A stretch of DNA of 64,000 bases from Chrysemys picta bellii (Eukaryota): positions 153,078,001-153,142,000 of the forward strand of contig NC_088792.1 in NCBI RefSeq assembly GCF_011386835.1, read 5' to 3'. A program made the translations under genes and the position numbers. Shown piece by piece: positions 51,441-63,682 of this stretch (the first letter of the stretch is position 1; each line of letters starts with the position of its first letter). Under the pieces are notes generated by a model. The model was not told the DNA's origin, ran no database searches, and saw nothing but the letters and a program-made list of their open reading frames with translations.

Positions 51441-52162
51441 CCCGCCCTGGCGTGTTGGGTGTTAATTCCCCCCCCCCCCCCCCGCAATGGAGAGGAGGAA
51501 GAATAGCTGATTACAACGGTCTCGTCTGGCCTTAAAAAAACAACAACAACAAAAGCTGTGAACTATTGACCTGATCCACAATCCCCACCCAGCGTGTGAC
51601 TGGGAAGAAGGTTTTATTATTTGTATTGTCATTGTGCAGCAGAGCCATAGTCATGGGTCAGGACCCCGTTGTGCTAGGCAAGGCGCAAACACAGCATAAA
51701 AAGATGGTCCCTGTCTCAGAGAGCCTGCTGGGGTGCAGGGGGTGGGAATTGTTTCCCTCCAGCCCTCTGTGCAGGTTGCCAACTCCATCATCAGCATATG
51801 GGAGAGAGAAAGAAGCATCTACACATGTGCATCAGGGAGGAGGGTGCTACCAGGCGCAACAGGATGGAGTTGTCTACTCACCCCACTTTATGCTTGTGAG
51901 ACATGAGAGCATAGTGCTAAAATTAGTTAAGGTTACCACCCACCCTTAACATTAAGTCCTAAAATACCTTAAAGACATCTGGGCTTCCCTCAGCATCCAT
52001 GCCCTTCCCCACTGTACGGGGGAAGTGGGGGGGAAAGGGATACTACAGCAGGTCGCCTTATGCTCCCAACCCTGGTGTGTGTTGCTGTGTTTGAGGGGGA
52101 CACACAATGAGAATGAACTGCTACTGCTAATGGTGTGTTAAGTCTACTGGCTTTGTATGTTC

Positions 52163-52468
52163 TAGGGATGTAAAACGTTAACTGGTAAGCATTAGTCTTA
52201 CCAGTTAGTCCGCCTTAACCGTTAAGTCCTGGGCTGGTCGCAGCCCTGCCTGGGCGGGGGTTAACTCCTCGCCAGCCAGGGGGAAGGAGGGTCCCCCCTT
52301 TCCCCTCCCCCCCGCTCCCAGCGGCCCCACGCCAGCCGGAGCAGCACTGCCCACCTAGAGCGCCCCCAGCAGCGGCCATGCTGGCCGGATCGGCCCTTTA
52401 ATGAATTAACTGTTTAAATGAAATATTTTAAATCGTTTAAACGGATAACTTTTTTATTTATGTCCCTA
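52163..52468. mobile_element. hAT MITE (TAGGG-type ends) carrying a copy of NFU1 intron-1 sequence
   Basis: TIRs TAGGGATGTAAA / TTTATGTCCCTA; TSD GTATGTTC / GTATATTC; interior 52238-52301 matches 51095-51156. Confidence 0.85.
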
Positions 52469-53238
52469 GTATATTCCCTGTGAACTATCACTGAAAGGCT
52501 GGGTAGAGAGCAACTTCTACATCTCTACAATGAGGAAAGGGTTAAAAGGACCCTAGTAACTCAAAATTATCCCAATTGCTTAAATTTTGTAAACAAACTC
52601 TTACAAAAGTTGTTTAAAAAAAATCAACAACCTCCTGCTGAGGTCTGAAAGCGAAACTGACTCTAAGTGTGAACCTGACCATCTGTTTTTATTGTCCAAA
52701 CCCAGAGAGAGGGAAGCAAAGAGTAAGCAGTCTAAAGAAAGAAATCTGGATTAGATCTTAAAAAATTTTTTCTGTAATAATTCAAGGTGCTTGTTAGTAA
52801 CAGATAAAGATATCTGTCACCATATAATTACAACATCATTGTCTGAAGATTCTTGGAAGCTAGAAGTCATAGCTTAGATTTTCTAATTGTGGATATTTTC
52901 ATGCCAAGTTTGTGCATGTGATTATAATGATTGCACAAAACAGGAATTTGCATGTGAAAATGAAATGTTTTTTGTATTCCTGTTTATTACCTATTTAATC
53001 ATGGTAATTATTGAGTACAAATATTCACCTAGACTTTTGAAAATCAGTTTAGTCCATCTTTTCACCTCTTCAGGTTTGTTCTTCTCAGCGTATTCTTCAT
53101 CCTTTTGTCCACTTGAGGTCTGTGTGTCTCAACAAGATGGGTGGTGTGGTCTACCTGACCAACCTCGACAAGAATTTTTTGTTATAGCTGGCCTGGTTCC
53201 ACTCCAGGGCCCTGGTCTCCTGCTGCTGGATACGAATA

Positions 53239-53388
53239 CACCTCTACCCCGATATAACGTGGTAAAGCAGCGCTCTGGGGGGCTGTGCACTCCGGCAGAT
53301 CAAAGCAAGTTCGATATAACGTGGTTTCACCTATAACGCACTACGATTTTTTGGCTCCCGAGGACAGCATTATATCGGGGTAGAGGTG
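53239..53388. mobile_element. Tc1/mariner MITE, same family as 25533-25720, opposite orientation, internally deleted
   Basis: TA CACCTCTACCCCGATATAA ... TTATATCGGGGTAGAGGTG TA. Confidence 0.88.
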
Positions 53389-53743
53389 TAGCTCTGTTGA
53401 CACACTGCTTCAATGGAGCTGCTGTCCTTTCTCCACAGCAGTTTCCTGGTGAATTTTAAATCAAGGCGACTGGTGTGTAATGATTACTTGCCCACCTGGA
53501 AATTGAGGGAGAAGGGATTGAAACCTCATTTTCCCTTCTCCCCCAACAACTATGTGGAGAGGAGGGGAAAATAAACCTGTAGCTGATAGCTAGTCTACAT
53601 TACCTGTTCTCCTTCAAGAGGGAGGAAACAGATTAAGCAACTTGCTGAAATCCAGAGATATTAGGTGCATACAAAATACTTTCCTTGAGAAAAGCTAAAT
53701 TCTTAATTGAGATATTGTTGGTAAAATCTGTATCTTTCTTTAG

Positions 53744-53850
53744 GTTCTGTCGCATGACATTAAAAGACTTTAACTTAACAACTAAGCAGCCTCTCTGCCA
53801 ATTCGCACGAAGGAAACCGTTTCCTCCATCCACCGTAGCACATAATACAG
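53744..53850 (+). CDS. NFU1: NFU1 exon 2 (FCRMTLKDFNLTTKQPLCQFARRKPFPPSTVAHNT)
   Basis: TCTTTCTTTAG| acceptor, CAG|GTAAAT donor; similar to human [20 protein letters not shown]; phases 2 to 1 fit. Confidence 0.9.
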
Positions 53851-54009
53851 GTAAATTTAATTTTTGTCATAAAATAAGGAAAGCTCTCATGAGATTTGTC
53901 TCAAGAAGATGGTGAAAGAATAAATTCTCCTTTTTACTGAAATATCAAATGTATGCAATATTCTGGGTGATTTTTTATTAGTAGAAAGGTAGTTAAGTCA
54001 TCATGCAGG

Positions 54010-54180
54010 CAGAGTTTAGAACCAGGATTTGGAGACTGTATTCCAGATTCTGGTCATTGTATGACCTTGGGTAAGTCCATTATACTCTGCACCTCAGTTT
54101 CCCCATCTGTATAATAATGGAGATATTTCATTTGGTTGCTGTGGCTTGTAAAGAGTTTTAAAGATGTAAAGCATTATATT
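54010..54180 (+). mobile_element. MIR/CORE-SINE
   Basis: ATGACCTTGGGTAAGTCC..CTCTGCACCTCAGTTTCCCCATCTGTA. Confidence 0.75.
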
Positions 54181-54337
54181 TGTGCTCATATGTATTAGTT
54201 TAACTCCTTCTTAGTGTAAGATCACCATCAGACCTCCTGCTATCCTGTATCCTGTTCCACAGTTGAAATCAGCAAGACTGGAACTGCTGACCATCCCAAG
54301 ATGTCATCTTGCAAGGGTGGAGGCGTAGTGCCTTTAC

Positions 54338-54470
54338 GGGGGGAGGGATAGCTCAGTGGTTTGAGCATTGGCCTGCTAAACCCAGGGTTGTGAGGGGGCC
54401 ATTTAGGGATCTGGGGCAAAAATTTGTCTGGGGATTGGTCCTGCTTTGAGCAAGGGGTTGGACTAGATGA
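54338..54470 (+). mobile_element. Turtle tRNA-derived SINE, B box deleted, fused to CR1
   Basis: GGGGGAGGGATAGCTCAGTGGTTTGAGCATTGGCCTGCTAAACCCAGGGTTGTGAG|GGGGCC; tail matches the CR1 3'UTR up to GGACTAGATGA. Confidence 0.88.
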
Positions 54471-55756
54471 TCAGCATGGATTCACGAAGGGGAAGTCGTG
54501 CCTGACTAACCTAATTGCCTTCTATGATGAGATAACTGGCTCTGTGGATGAGGGGAAAGCAGTGGATGTGTTATTCCTTGACTTTAGCAAAGCTTTTGAT
54601 ACGGTCTCCCACAGTATTCTTGCCGCCAAGTTAAAGAAGTATGGGCTGGATGAATGGACTGTAAGGTGGATAGAAAGCTGGCTAGATCGTCGGGCTCAAC
54701 GGGTAGTGATCAATGGCTCCATGTCTAGTTGGCAGCCGGTTTCAAGCGGAGTGCCCCAAGGGTCGGTCCTGGGGCCGGTTTTGTTTAATATCTTTTGATC
54801 TGGAGGATGGTGTGGACTGCACTCTCAGCAAGTTTGCAGATGACACTAAACTAGGAGGCATGGTAGATACACTAGAGGGTAGGGATCGGATACAGAGGGA
54901 CCTAGACAAATTAGAAGATTGGGCCGAAAAAAACCTGATGAGGTTCAACAAGGACAAGTGCAGAGTCCTGCACTTAGGACGGAAGAATCCCATGCACTGC
55001 TACAGACTAGGGACCGAATGGCTAGGTAGCAGTTCTGCAGAAAAGGACCTAGGGGTCACAGTGGACGAGAAGCTGGATATGAGTCAACAGTGTGCTCTTG
55101 TTGCCAAGAAGGCTAACGGCATTTTGGGCTGTATAAGTAGGGGCATTGCCAGCAGATCGAGGGACATGATCGTTCCCCTTTATTCGACATTGGTGAGGCC
55201 TCATCTGGAATACTGTGTCCAGTTTTGGGCCCCACACTACAAGAAGGATGTGGAAAAATTGGAAAGAGTCCAGCGGAGGGCAACAAAAATGATTAGGGGT
55301 CTGGAGCACATGACTTATGAGGAGAGGCTGAGGGAACTGGGATTGTTTAGTCTCCAGAAGAGAAGAATGAGGGGGGATTTGATAGCAGCCTTCAACTACC
55401 TGAAGGGGGGTTCCAAAGAGGATGGAGCTCGGCTGTTCTCAGTGGTGGCAGACGACAGAACAAGGGACAATGGTCTCAAGTTGCAGTGGGGGAGGTCCAG
55501 GTTGGATATCAGGAAAAACTATTTCACTAGGAGGGTGGTGAAACACTGGAATGCGTTACCTAGAGAGGTGGTGGAGTCTCCTTCCTTGGAGGTTTTTAAG
55601 GCCCGGCTTGACAAAGCCCTGGCTGGGATGATTTAGCTGGGAATTGGTCCTGCTTTGAGCAGGGGGTTGGACTAGATGACCTCTTGAGGTCCCTTCCAAC
55701 TCTGATATTCTATGATTCTATGATTCTATCTCCTGAGGTCCCTATGATTCTATGAT
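54471..55756 (+). mobile_element. Young 5'-truncated CR1 LINE; RT nearly intact with one frameshift (~54795)
   Basis: [49 protein letters not shown]; (ATTCTATG)n tail. Confidence 0.97.
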
Positions 55757-57894
55757 CAGGAGCAGTCTGCTCCTGAATATATCCTTCTGTACATCTCTGG
55801 CCATCTTTGGGGCAGAAATTTAAAAGTTTTGTTTTAATTTTGAGTTGTCTGATTAATTGTAGGTGTTGGGGAGATTGTGTCAATTTATTAGGCATGTTGC
55901 CCAATTCTTTTTTAATTTGCCTAACACCGTATTAAGGCACTGAGAAATTAAAATGGACTGAAATTACTATTTTGCAGTTTTTAGTATTAACCTAGAAATT
56001 AACCTCTTACATTAGTTTGTCTGGAAAGCACTTCAGCTGCTAAAACTTGTAGTTAGGTAGCTCATGGGATTGTAGTAACATATATAGATTTTCAGCTTTG
56101 GATTTCTGGTTCAAAGCCAGTCTTTGTTAGTGATCAAAAATTTTTAGTTTCTTGTGTCTCTTCAGTGATCTGTATAAAGTTAGTTTTGTCACAGAAAAGG
56201 GTTTGTAATACACGTTCACCATAATTGGCACTAACCATTAAGCAGTTTCAGGAGAGAGGCTAAGGGTGATTGGATCGTGAAGCTGGAGAGGGCTCCTCCT
56301 TTTGGACAGATTTGAGGAACATTGGAAGGCCAACCCAGAGAGGTTTGAACTGCCACTGCAAATATTGTGTGTGTGTATGTGTGGACAGATGACTTCAATA
56401 GCCGGGTCTGTCAATCCAGCACCTTTCACTAACACTAAAATTCCCCCACTCCGGGCCAAATTAATATTATCTGAAAATGCGAAGGTTGGAACTCCAGTTT
56501 ACTGTATCTGCTCCTATAGTATTTTGTACAACTCTATGATCAGCAAAAAAAAAAAAGATTCAGTTGCCTTTTGTGCTGCTGAAAATTGCAGATCAGCTTC
56601 TGCAGCTGCCTGGTGGATTCAACAACAACTCTGCCATGTTGTGGAGAAAGAGATGTGTATATATACATTTTTAATTATGCAGGTGCCTGTTGTATAGAAC
56701 CAACCACAAGTGGAAATATTATTTAAATGAGTGTCTCAGTGCCCACTGCAGCAAATGCTTTTTGATGCAGATTCCAGAGGGCCTCAAACCTACCCAACTC
56801 AGAATTGAATTTTTTTGAAATTCAGATTTAATCAAGCAGTTGACTGATGGACTCTGAGGGTTCTAGTCAGCCGCCTACTGATCTACAAATGTCCTTTAAA
56901 TTCTGTCTTTTTTTCTATCTTTATTTTTCACTTTCAATAAATGATCAAACAGAAGAAAGTACATGGTATAGTGGTCAGATAATTGAAAGAAGCGATGTGT
57001 TTATTCTGTGTGAATGATGCTACTTACAAACTGTAGATGATGATAAACTTGGTTATTCACAGTATATACAAAGAGTTCCAGTGTGACTAATGAGAGGGAA
57101 ACACTGTTTTTTGAAAATAATCTGTTTTCCTAACTTCAGAAGATCCTGGGTACAATAGCTACCCTCATCAATACTTTTGTGAAAGGATGATGTATCCTGT
57201 TGTATTCTAGGCCTTTGGGGATGCTAGCCATTTGACTGTGGAGTTGCTGTCAGTTGCCCTTTGCATTAGCGAAGTCAGTAAATTTGTTGGGCATGTTCAG
57301 TTGACAACATTCACTTCCATCACTATAGGCTATTTGTCATATTGTCACATTGAAGGTAGCTTCCTTTGCCACTCTAATCAGGAAGATGTTTTTAGCCCTT
57401 GTGGATGGAGTTGTGTGACAGAACAGAGAATGGCTGTTAGTTGCTAAGTCAGGACTATTTCTAGCATGTTAGCACTGAGCGTCTCCATGCTAATTCTTCT
57501 ATTCTTTCTCTTGAAATTTAAGAGCTTGCGTGTGTGGTGATGGTGTGGGTTAAAGTCAAATGAGTTGTTGTCATGACAGACACCTGCAGAGGAAATTTGG
57601 TGATTTATAAATAGCCTGATTTGTCATCTAATACTAGGAGTCGTGATCAAAATTGCTGTTTAGGAAGTGAAAGCTTCAGCTCTTTTTTTGTTGCTTTAAA
57701 AATAACAAAAATAATTATCTCTAAGCCATATATGTTTCTGAAGTTAAATAAGCTTGCTTCCCAAATATTATGTACTCAGAATTTATACATATTTCTAGGG
57801 TTTTCTAACTTAAAAAAAATCAGTTTCCCTTTGTTGAAGGTGATGTGCTGTTTTGAGAATCCTAATCATGCAATGAAATTTGGCAGTGAAGGGA

Positions 57895-58100
57895 CAGGAG
57901 AGTGATCTAGTGGTTAATGTAGAGAATAAGGAGGTAGGGTTCTATATCCAACTCTGACATTTACTTTCTGTGTGACATCACATGTCCTTTAACCTCCCTG
58001 TACCTCAAATTTCCAATCTGTAAAATGATTATTGTAATACCGACTGCACAGCTCCATTGTGAATCTTAAATAATGTTTGCAAAGCACTTTGATATACTTG
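57895..58100 (+). mobile_element. MIR/CORE-SINE
   Basis: Head and CORE remnants: TGTGTGAC..CTTTAACCTCCCTGTACCTCAAATTTCCAATCTGTAAAATG. Confidence 0.7.
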
Positions 58101-58759
58101 GGTAAAAAATATATTCTATTCTTTTTATTAAGGTTTGGGCAGTCCAGCAAAATCCCATTAAAATAATAGTATCTGAGTAAACAACTAAATACTTTTTTCA
58201 TAAATGTTGGGTATATTTTTACCAGCTTTTATAAATTATTTTAATATCAACTGTTAATACAAAATGTTTGCTGAAAGTCAATAAGCACAATATCAGAGCC
58301 AGCTTAATTAAACTGGTTGAGCTGTCCATCCGGATAAGATAGTTTCGGTGACTAAAAAGAATTCTGTGCTTGCTCTGAAAGGCTATGCAGGTTTCCAGAT
58401 TACTGCAATTTCTTGTCCACACCAAAATGTCACAAACACTCCTTACTGGGCTGTGTGTTCATTTTTTACAGTTATTTTCTGTGATACTTTCTCCTTTTTG
58501 ATAATGCTGGAAAAGGAACAAAAAGATCTTAACATTATTATATCTACAACAGAGGGTTAGTACATCTGCCCAAGTCCTGCATCTGGAATGCTCTTAACAG
58601 GAGGGTGATGATGCTGGAGTGGAGACCCCACACAATGCTCAGGTACCAAAGTGGTGAGCATGGAATAGCAACCTGAATAGAATAGAGAAGGAGCACAAAT
58701 ATTATCTTAGTGTGGATGTTAAAAAGAGAGCCTCTGAAAAAGGATGGGGAGAGTATTGT

Positions 58760-58870
58760 ATCAGAGGGGTAACCGTGTTAGTCTGAATCTGTAAAAAGCA
58801 ACAGAGGGTCCTGTGGCACCTTTAAGACTAACAGAAGTATTGGGAGCATAAGCTTTCGTGGGTAAGAACC
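58760..58870. mobile_element. Penelope-like terminal fragment
   Basis: TCAGAGGGGTAACCGTGTTAGTCTG..GTGGCACCTTTAAGACTAAC..ATAAGCTTTCGTG, a turtle Penelope end motif (recognised from memory). Confidence 0.65.
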
Positions 58871-59205
58871 TATTGGCTCTGTTCAGCTAAACACAGAGAA
58901 TGTGAGCAGCAAGTTGCTCAGGGAATAAAGCTGAGATTAAAACTAGCTGGGACAGGGTTTCATTAAGCTTTTCATCTGTGTCTTAAATTTAGTGACTGAA
59001 TTTGTTGATCTTCATGTTAATATGGGTACTTTGATGGAACTCATTGAGCCATGCTTGATAAATTTCAGTGTTCCACGGTCCTCTGTTTTTAATAAATCTG
59101 TGTTGTGCAAACAAAACCTTGCCTGGCTAAATAAACAAGATCTCTGTTATTCCTTATATGAGCCACTTCTCTTTTGAACTTTTATTTCCTTTTTTCTCTT
59201 TTCAG

Positions 59206-59341
59206 TAAGATGCATGTTTATTCAGACTCAAGACACTCCAAATCCAAATAGTTTGAAGTTTATTCCAGGAAGACAAGTACTGGAGTCGAGAACCATGGAT
59301 TTCTCCACACCAGCTGCAGCGTTTTGCTCACCTTTAGCGAG
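59206..59341 (+). CDS. NFU1: NFU1 exon 3 ([46 protein letters not shown])
   Basis: Strong acceptor, AG|GTGTGT donor; [19 protein letters not shown] is the NFU1 N-domain signature. Confidence 0.97.
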
Positions 59342-62105
59342 GTGTGTTCAAGCATTACATACTTTGTTCAAGGGACTATCTGTGGTAGTTACTGAAACAC
59401 ATGTATATACAAGTGTCATCATAAATGCAGCTGAATGTTAAAGAGCGGATTTGCTGCATTTCCATTGTGGATGCTGCTTTTTTTCATAAAGTAGATTGAA
59501 TGCCTAGAAAGAGCCAAAGTAATCTATCGAGATTTTTATACTGTGCATGTCAGTGTGATAACTAAGTTCCTGGTCATCTATTTCATTGATCTGAATCAAA
59601 TCATGATAGCATTCATTATTCCTGAAAAGGAAATATACTGTTGTTCATACCTGTGTTCCGGATCCTGCAAAACTTTACTGAATAGTCCTTACGCTAGTAG
59701 TCACATTAAAGTCATGCCAACTCCCAGTGTAATGAGACAGGCGACCTGAGGAAATGTCCATAAATGTCATATGTGAAAGTGAAACAGTTTACTAATTTTG
59801 GCACAGTTAATAACTTTTAACATTAGCTTCAAAGCCATTGGGTTTTTTCTCTCTTTAAAATATGGGTGTGTTACAAACAGTACAGTGGAAAAATTAAAAT
59901 TACTCAAGTTTATAATGAACCCTTTTTTCTAGTCTTATTCATGTATAATCTTTTGCAAAGGCCCTCAGTGCCATAGATCTGGAGTATCCATAGTGAAACT
60001 TACTTGGACTAATACAGTTCAATCCACTTGGACTATGAATCATTACTACAGTTTGTTTTCCATCTAATACTTTGCTATATTTTCATTGGGTAAAAAAGGG
60101 CTGGGACACCATTAAAGGTCTGTCTGAAAGTGGGGGATGGGATGGGAAGGAGTCATAGGAGTCTTTTGCCTGCTGATAGTGATGAGATGCCTTGGAGAAC
60201 TGTTGCAAACTTGCTTCCTGGGGAAAGTGGGTGTGAGCACTGCTTCTGGTATCTGCCATTGCATCAATAGCAGCCTCTGGAGATAATGCTCCTTATACCT
60301 GCTATGTATGTGGGTGGAGAGGCTGCAGTGGGAGGGTGAGATATGGAAATGCCATAGTGTCACCTTCCCAAGATCATAGTTTAATTTTCTCTTAAACGTG
60401 ATGGAAATACTGCACACAAGTGAAAGCAGCTTAATGCAGCCCTCTCTCTGGGAAACGTAGCATTATCCAGGGTATTGCTATAATATTTCCAAAATGCTAT
60501 AGTTGATTTGTAACCAAACAGGAACTTTACAAATTAAGTTCTTTAGCTCAAAGGTAGTAGAAATGCCCATATGTATAGAACAGCAGATGTTTCAGGCTTT
60601 GTAATTGGGATGCCCATTTGTTTTGGCATGAGAATACAAATCTTCCAAAGAAATAATATCAGCTATGCTAGCGTTAAATGATTTGGAGTGCACGTGTAAC
60701 TCCAAAATATATTTTAAAGTAAAATTTTGGGACCATTAGTCCATCAAGCAAATTAGGGTGTGATGATATTTAAAAACAACAACCCACGCACAACATGCAC
60801 AGCTACATTTTTAACATTTAAAAATTGTTTGTTACGTGTATAGGAAAGTTCCTTTTTGCCATACATAACCTGTGGTAAAGTATCTGATTTGTGCATCTCG
60901 AATTGAATAGATTTCCCCTTTAAGAAAGTCTATTTTTCAGCTATTTATACTACTGAAAATGTATTCTGTCTCTGTTTTCAAGATTAGGATTACCTACAGT
61001 GTTTTGTATGAAAATGCCAGATTTAACTTCTGTTTGTTCTAGCTATTCTTTATCGTATCCCTGTGGGTGACAACAGACAGTCATTTAATCTGTGGTCTAG
61101 GTATTAAGATTGTATAGATTTAAAATTACTGACTCCTGTGGCCACACAAACAAAACTGAGCATTTGTTGAGATGCCTTTAAAACTCTCATGCTATTATTT
61201 TATCGTTAGAATAGTTTGTAATCAAAGTGTGTTCTTGTTTCCTGTCTGGTTCTAAAGTTTTAGTGTGTTGGTCTGAATTTGTGTGATGATTGTTTAAATA
61301 CGGTACACCAAGGTAGTGAGGAATGAAGTATCAAGCTTAGATCTCTCTTAATATTTAATTTTAGAATTTTAATAGTGTTTTAATTGCACTAAGCAACTGA
61401 AGGTAGCAAAATTAAGTGAAACGGATATTTTGATAAACTCTGGTGCCCTTGCTTTCCGAGTAACCGCAACTTCAAATTCACCAACGTCGCCACAGAGTCA
61501 CTCACATACCATAACAATGAATAAAGATTTGAAGATTCCTTACACATTAAGCTGGCCTGTTAAAACCTTGTGGGCTACTCTGCACTGAAAAGTTATTGCA
61601 CTGAACAGCAACTATCGCCAGAGTCCTAGTTCAGTTTGTTTTGGGGGAGTCTCTATGGAAGGAACAAAATTCAGAACAGCTTTTAGTAAAATAGATTATA
61701 TTTAAAAGTTTTCAGCAACCTAATCTACTATTCTAAAGAAGAGTCCCTGTCCTTCCACAGTTGCATGCCAGGAATGTTTGTGTGTGTGTGTGTTGGTCAT
61801 CCTTGATGCTGATCCAGTAGTTTTATGGATAAAGAATACCCTCTTGGCTTCAAATCGGAGCTAGAGACATGTTAACAGGAAAAAATAACATGCTGTATGT
61901 TCAGTATCACACTCCATGGTATGATGTTTTCTACTTATGCCAAGCTGCAGAATTCCATTGCCATGGATAAAGAATAGAAGCACTTAAACTGTAGAAGAAC
62001 CCTTTGCCAATCTCCTTTAATGGTTTTATTTTCTTACGTGATGATTGCCCTCTAGAAATGTATTCTTGTAGGAAAGCAAGAAAGACAGTAGAACATGATT
62101 GATAG

Positions 62106-62243
<138 letters not shown>

Positions 62244-63567
62244 TAAATAGGAGCTGATGCTTGTCCAATCTACAGGGAGAGGTGAAAGGAACAGACTCCT
62301 GGCAGAGCCTTCCCTGGCTTGCATAACGTACACCAGAAATCTTACCTTTCTTTAGAATGTCCTCAAAATATTCACTACAGGGATTTAATTTAGTTCGTCA
62401 ACATAATCTCTGTACAAAGTGCCTTCACAACTTTGTGGTAATTGTATTTCACACTGTTGTTCTAGTTACGGCTTCTGAGAATATTGTCTCTTGAATCTGA
62501 TTTTCAGAGCCACCGAATGTCACGGCTTCCCTTGATATGAATTATTGTTGTAGGTGCTCAGCACTTTTTCAGTTCTAATCAAAATGCTAAAAGTCAGCTG
62601 AGTAAACTTTTAATATAACATTTTGCCCTTCTGTGGTCCCTTTCCTCTAAATTTAAATAAAAGAAGCCTCACATTTTACAAATGTGCGTATTTACTATGG
62701 CATACTTAGGTTAAGTAAGTTTCTGTAGCCATATATAGTGAGCTAATGGCTGAGCTAGGAATAGATCTTGGGACTCCGAATGGATGATCATAAAGGCATC
62801 ACTGTTGTCTGATCTAGCATGCACATGGCATTATGAATAGAGCTTGGAACCATCTGCTCCAGAAATAGACCTTTACTACTTGAGCTAAAAGAGAAGTTCC
62901 ATTAAATATTTAGTAGTAGTAAGGTTCATATCCTTTTAGGCTAGATAATAGTAGGCAACAAAATTACAAACACATGAAGGTGAAAGTCTATCCAACAAAG
63001 AACAGTGATGCACATAAATGCAAGCAAGTGCATTACATATTGCCTCAAAATCCCTCCTTTGCCTCCAGTGGCAAAGCTTATTCATCTGGGACTCAGGAGT
63101 TCACCCAACCCAGGAGGTATTGTGTAATAAATCCATAGCTGCATAAATACTATATAGTCGCTATGCCATTTAGTGGACAACTCATGAGACGTCAATAATA
63201 GAACACAACCAAAACACAAACAGTTTGTTGGTAGAAATAAAGCTTAGCAGAACATCTGTGATTTTAGTTTCTTTTCATCTTATGTTGTTTGTTTTTATAC
63301 ACTAATATTTTATACAGCAGTTGGCTTGCAAACATTGCAGGCAACTGCTTAAATCCAAACAACTAGACCTCTTTACTGAATATTTTAAATATAATTTTAT
63401 GAAAACGTTTCTGTTTCACATTAGATTTGGTAAAACTGTTGAATAACATTAAATGTCAGGCCTAAATGCTCAGCAAGGTGCCTTTAAGATGGACAAAGGC
63501 CATGTATAAAATTCATCTTTGGAATGAGGCACAAACACTATATTTGGTTTTCTTAATTTTTTTATAG

Positions 63568-63682
63568 GTGAGCGAAGATTGGGATTGGAATTTACTGAAA
63601 CCAGATATTTATGCAACCATAATGGATTTCTTTGCCTCTGGTTTACCTGTAATTACTGAAGAGGCACCTCGTACAGATACAG
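63568..63682 (+). CDS. NFU1: NFU1 exon 5 ([38 protein letters not shown])
   Basis: TTTTTTTATAG| acceptor, CAG|GTAAAT donor; [22 protein letters not shown] matches human. Confidence 0.96.

Larger units (their letters stand above)
50700..51460. promoter_or_regulatory. NFU1: NFU1 CpG-island promoter and first exon
   Basis: Very high GC and CpG density; GC box CCCCGCCCC at 50847, NRF1-like GTGCGCGCGC at 50801, ETS-like GGAAG at ~50770; no TATA box. Confidence 0.9.

Noticed and set aside
50434-51465. Several long ORFs over the CpG island
   Set aside because: Stop-poor GC-rich sequence; only 51016-51065 fits NFU1.
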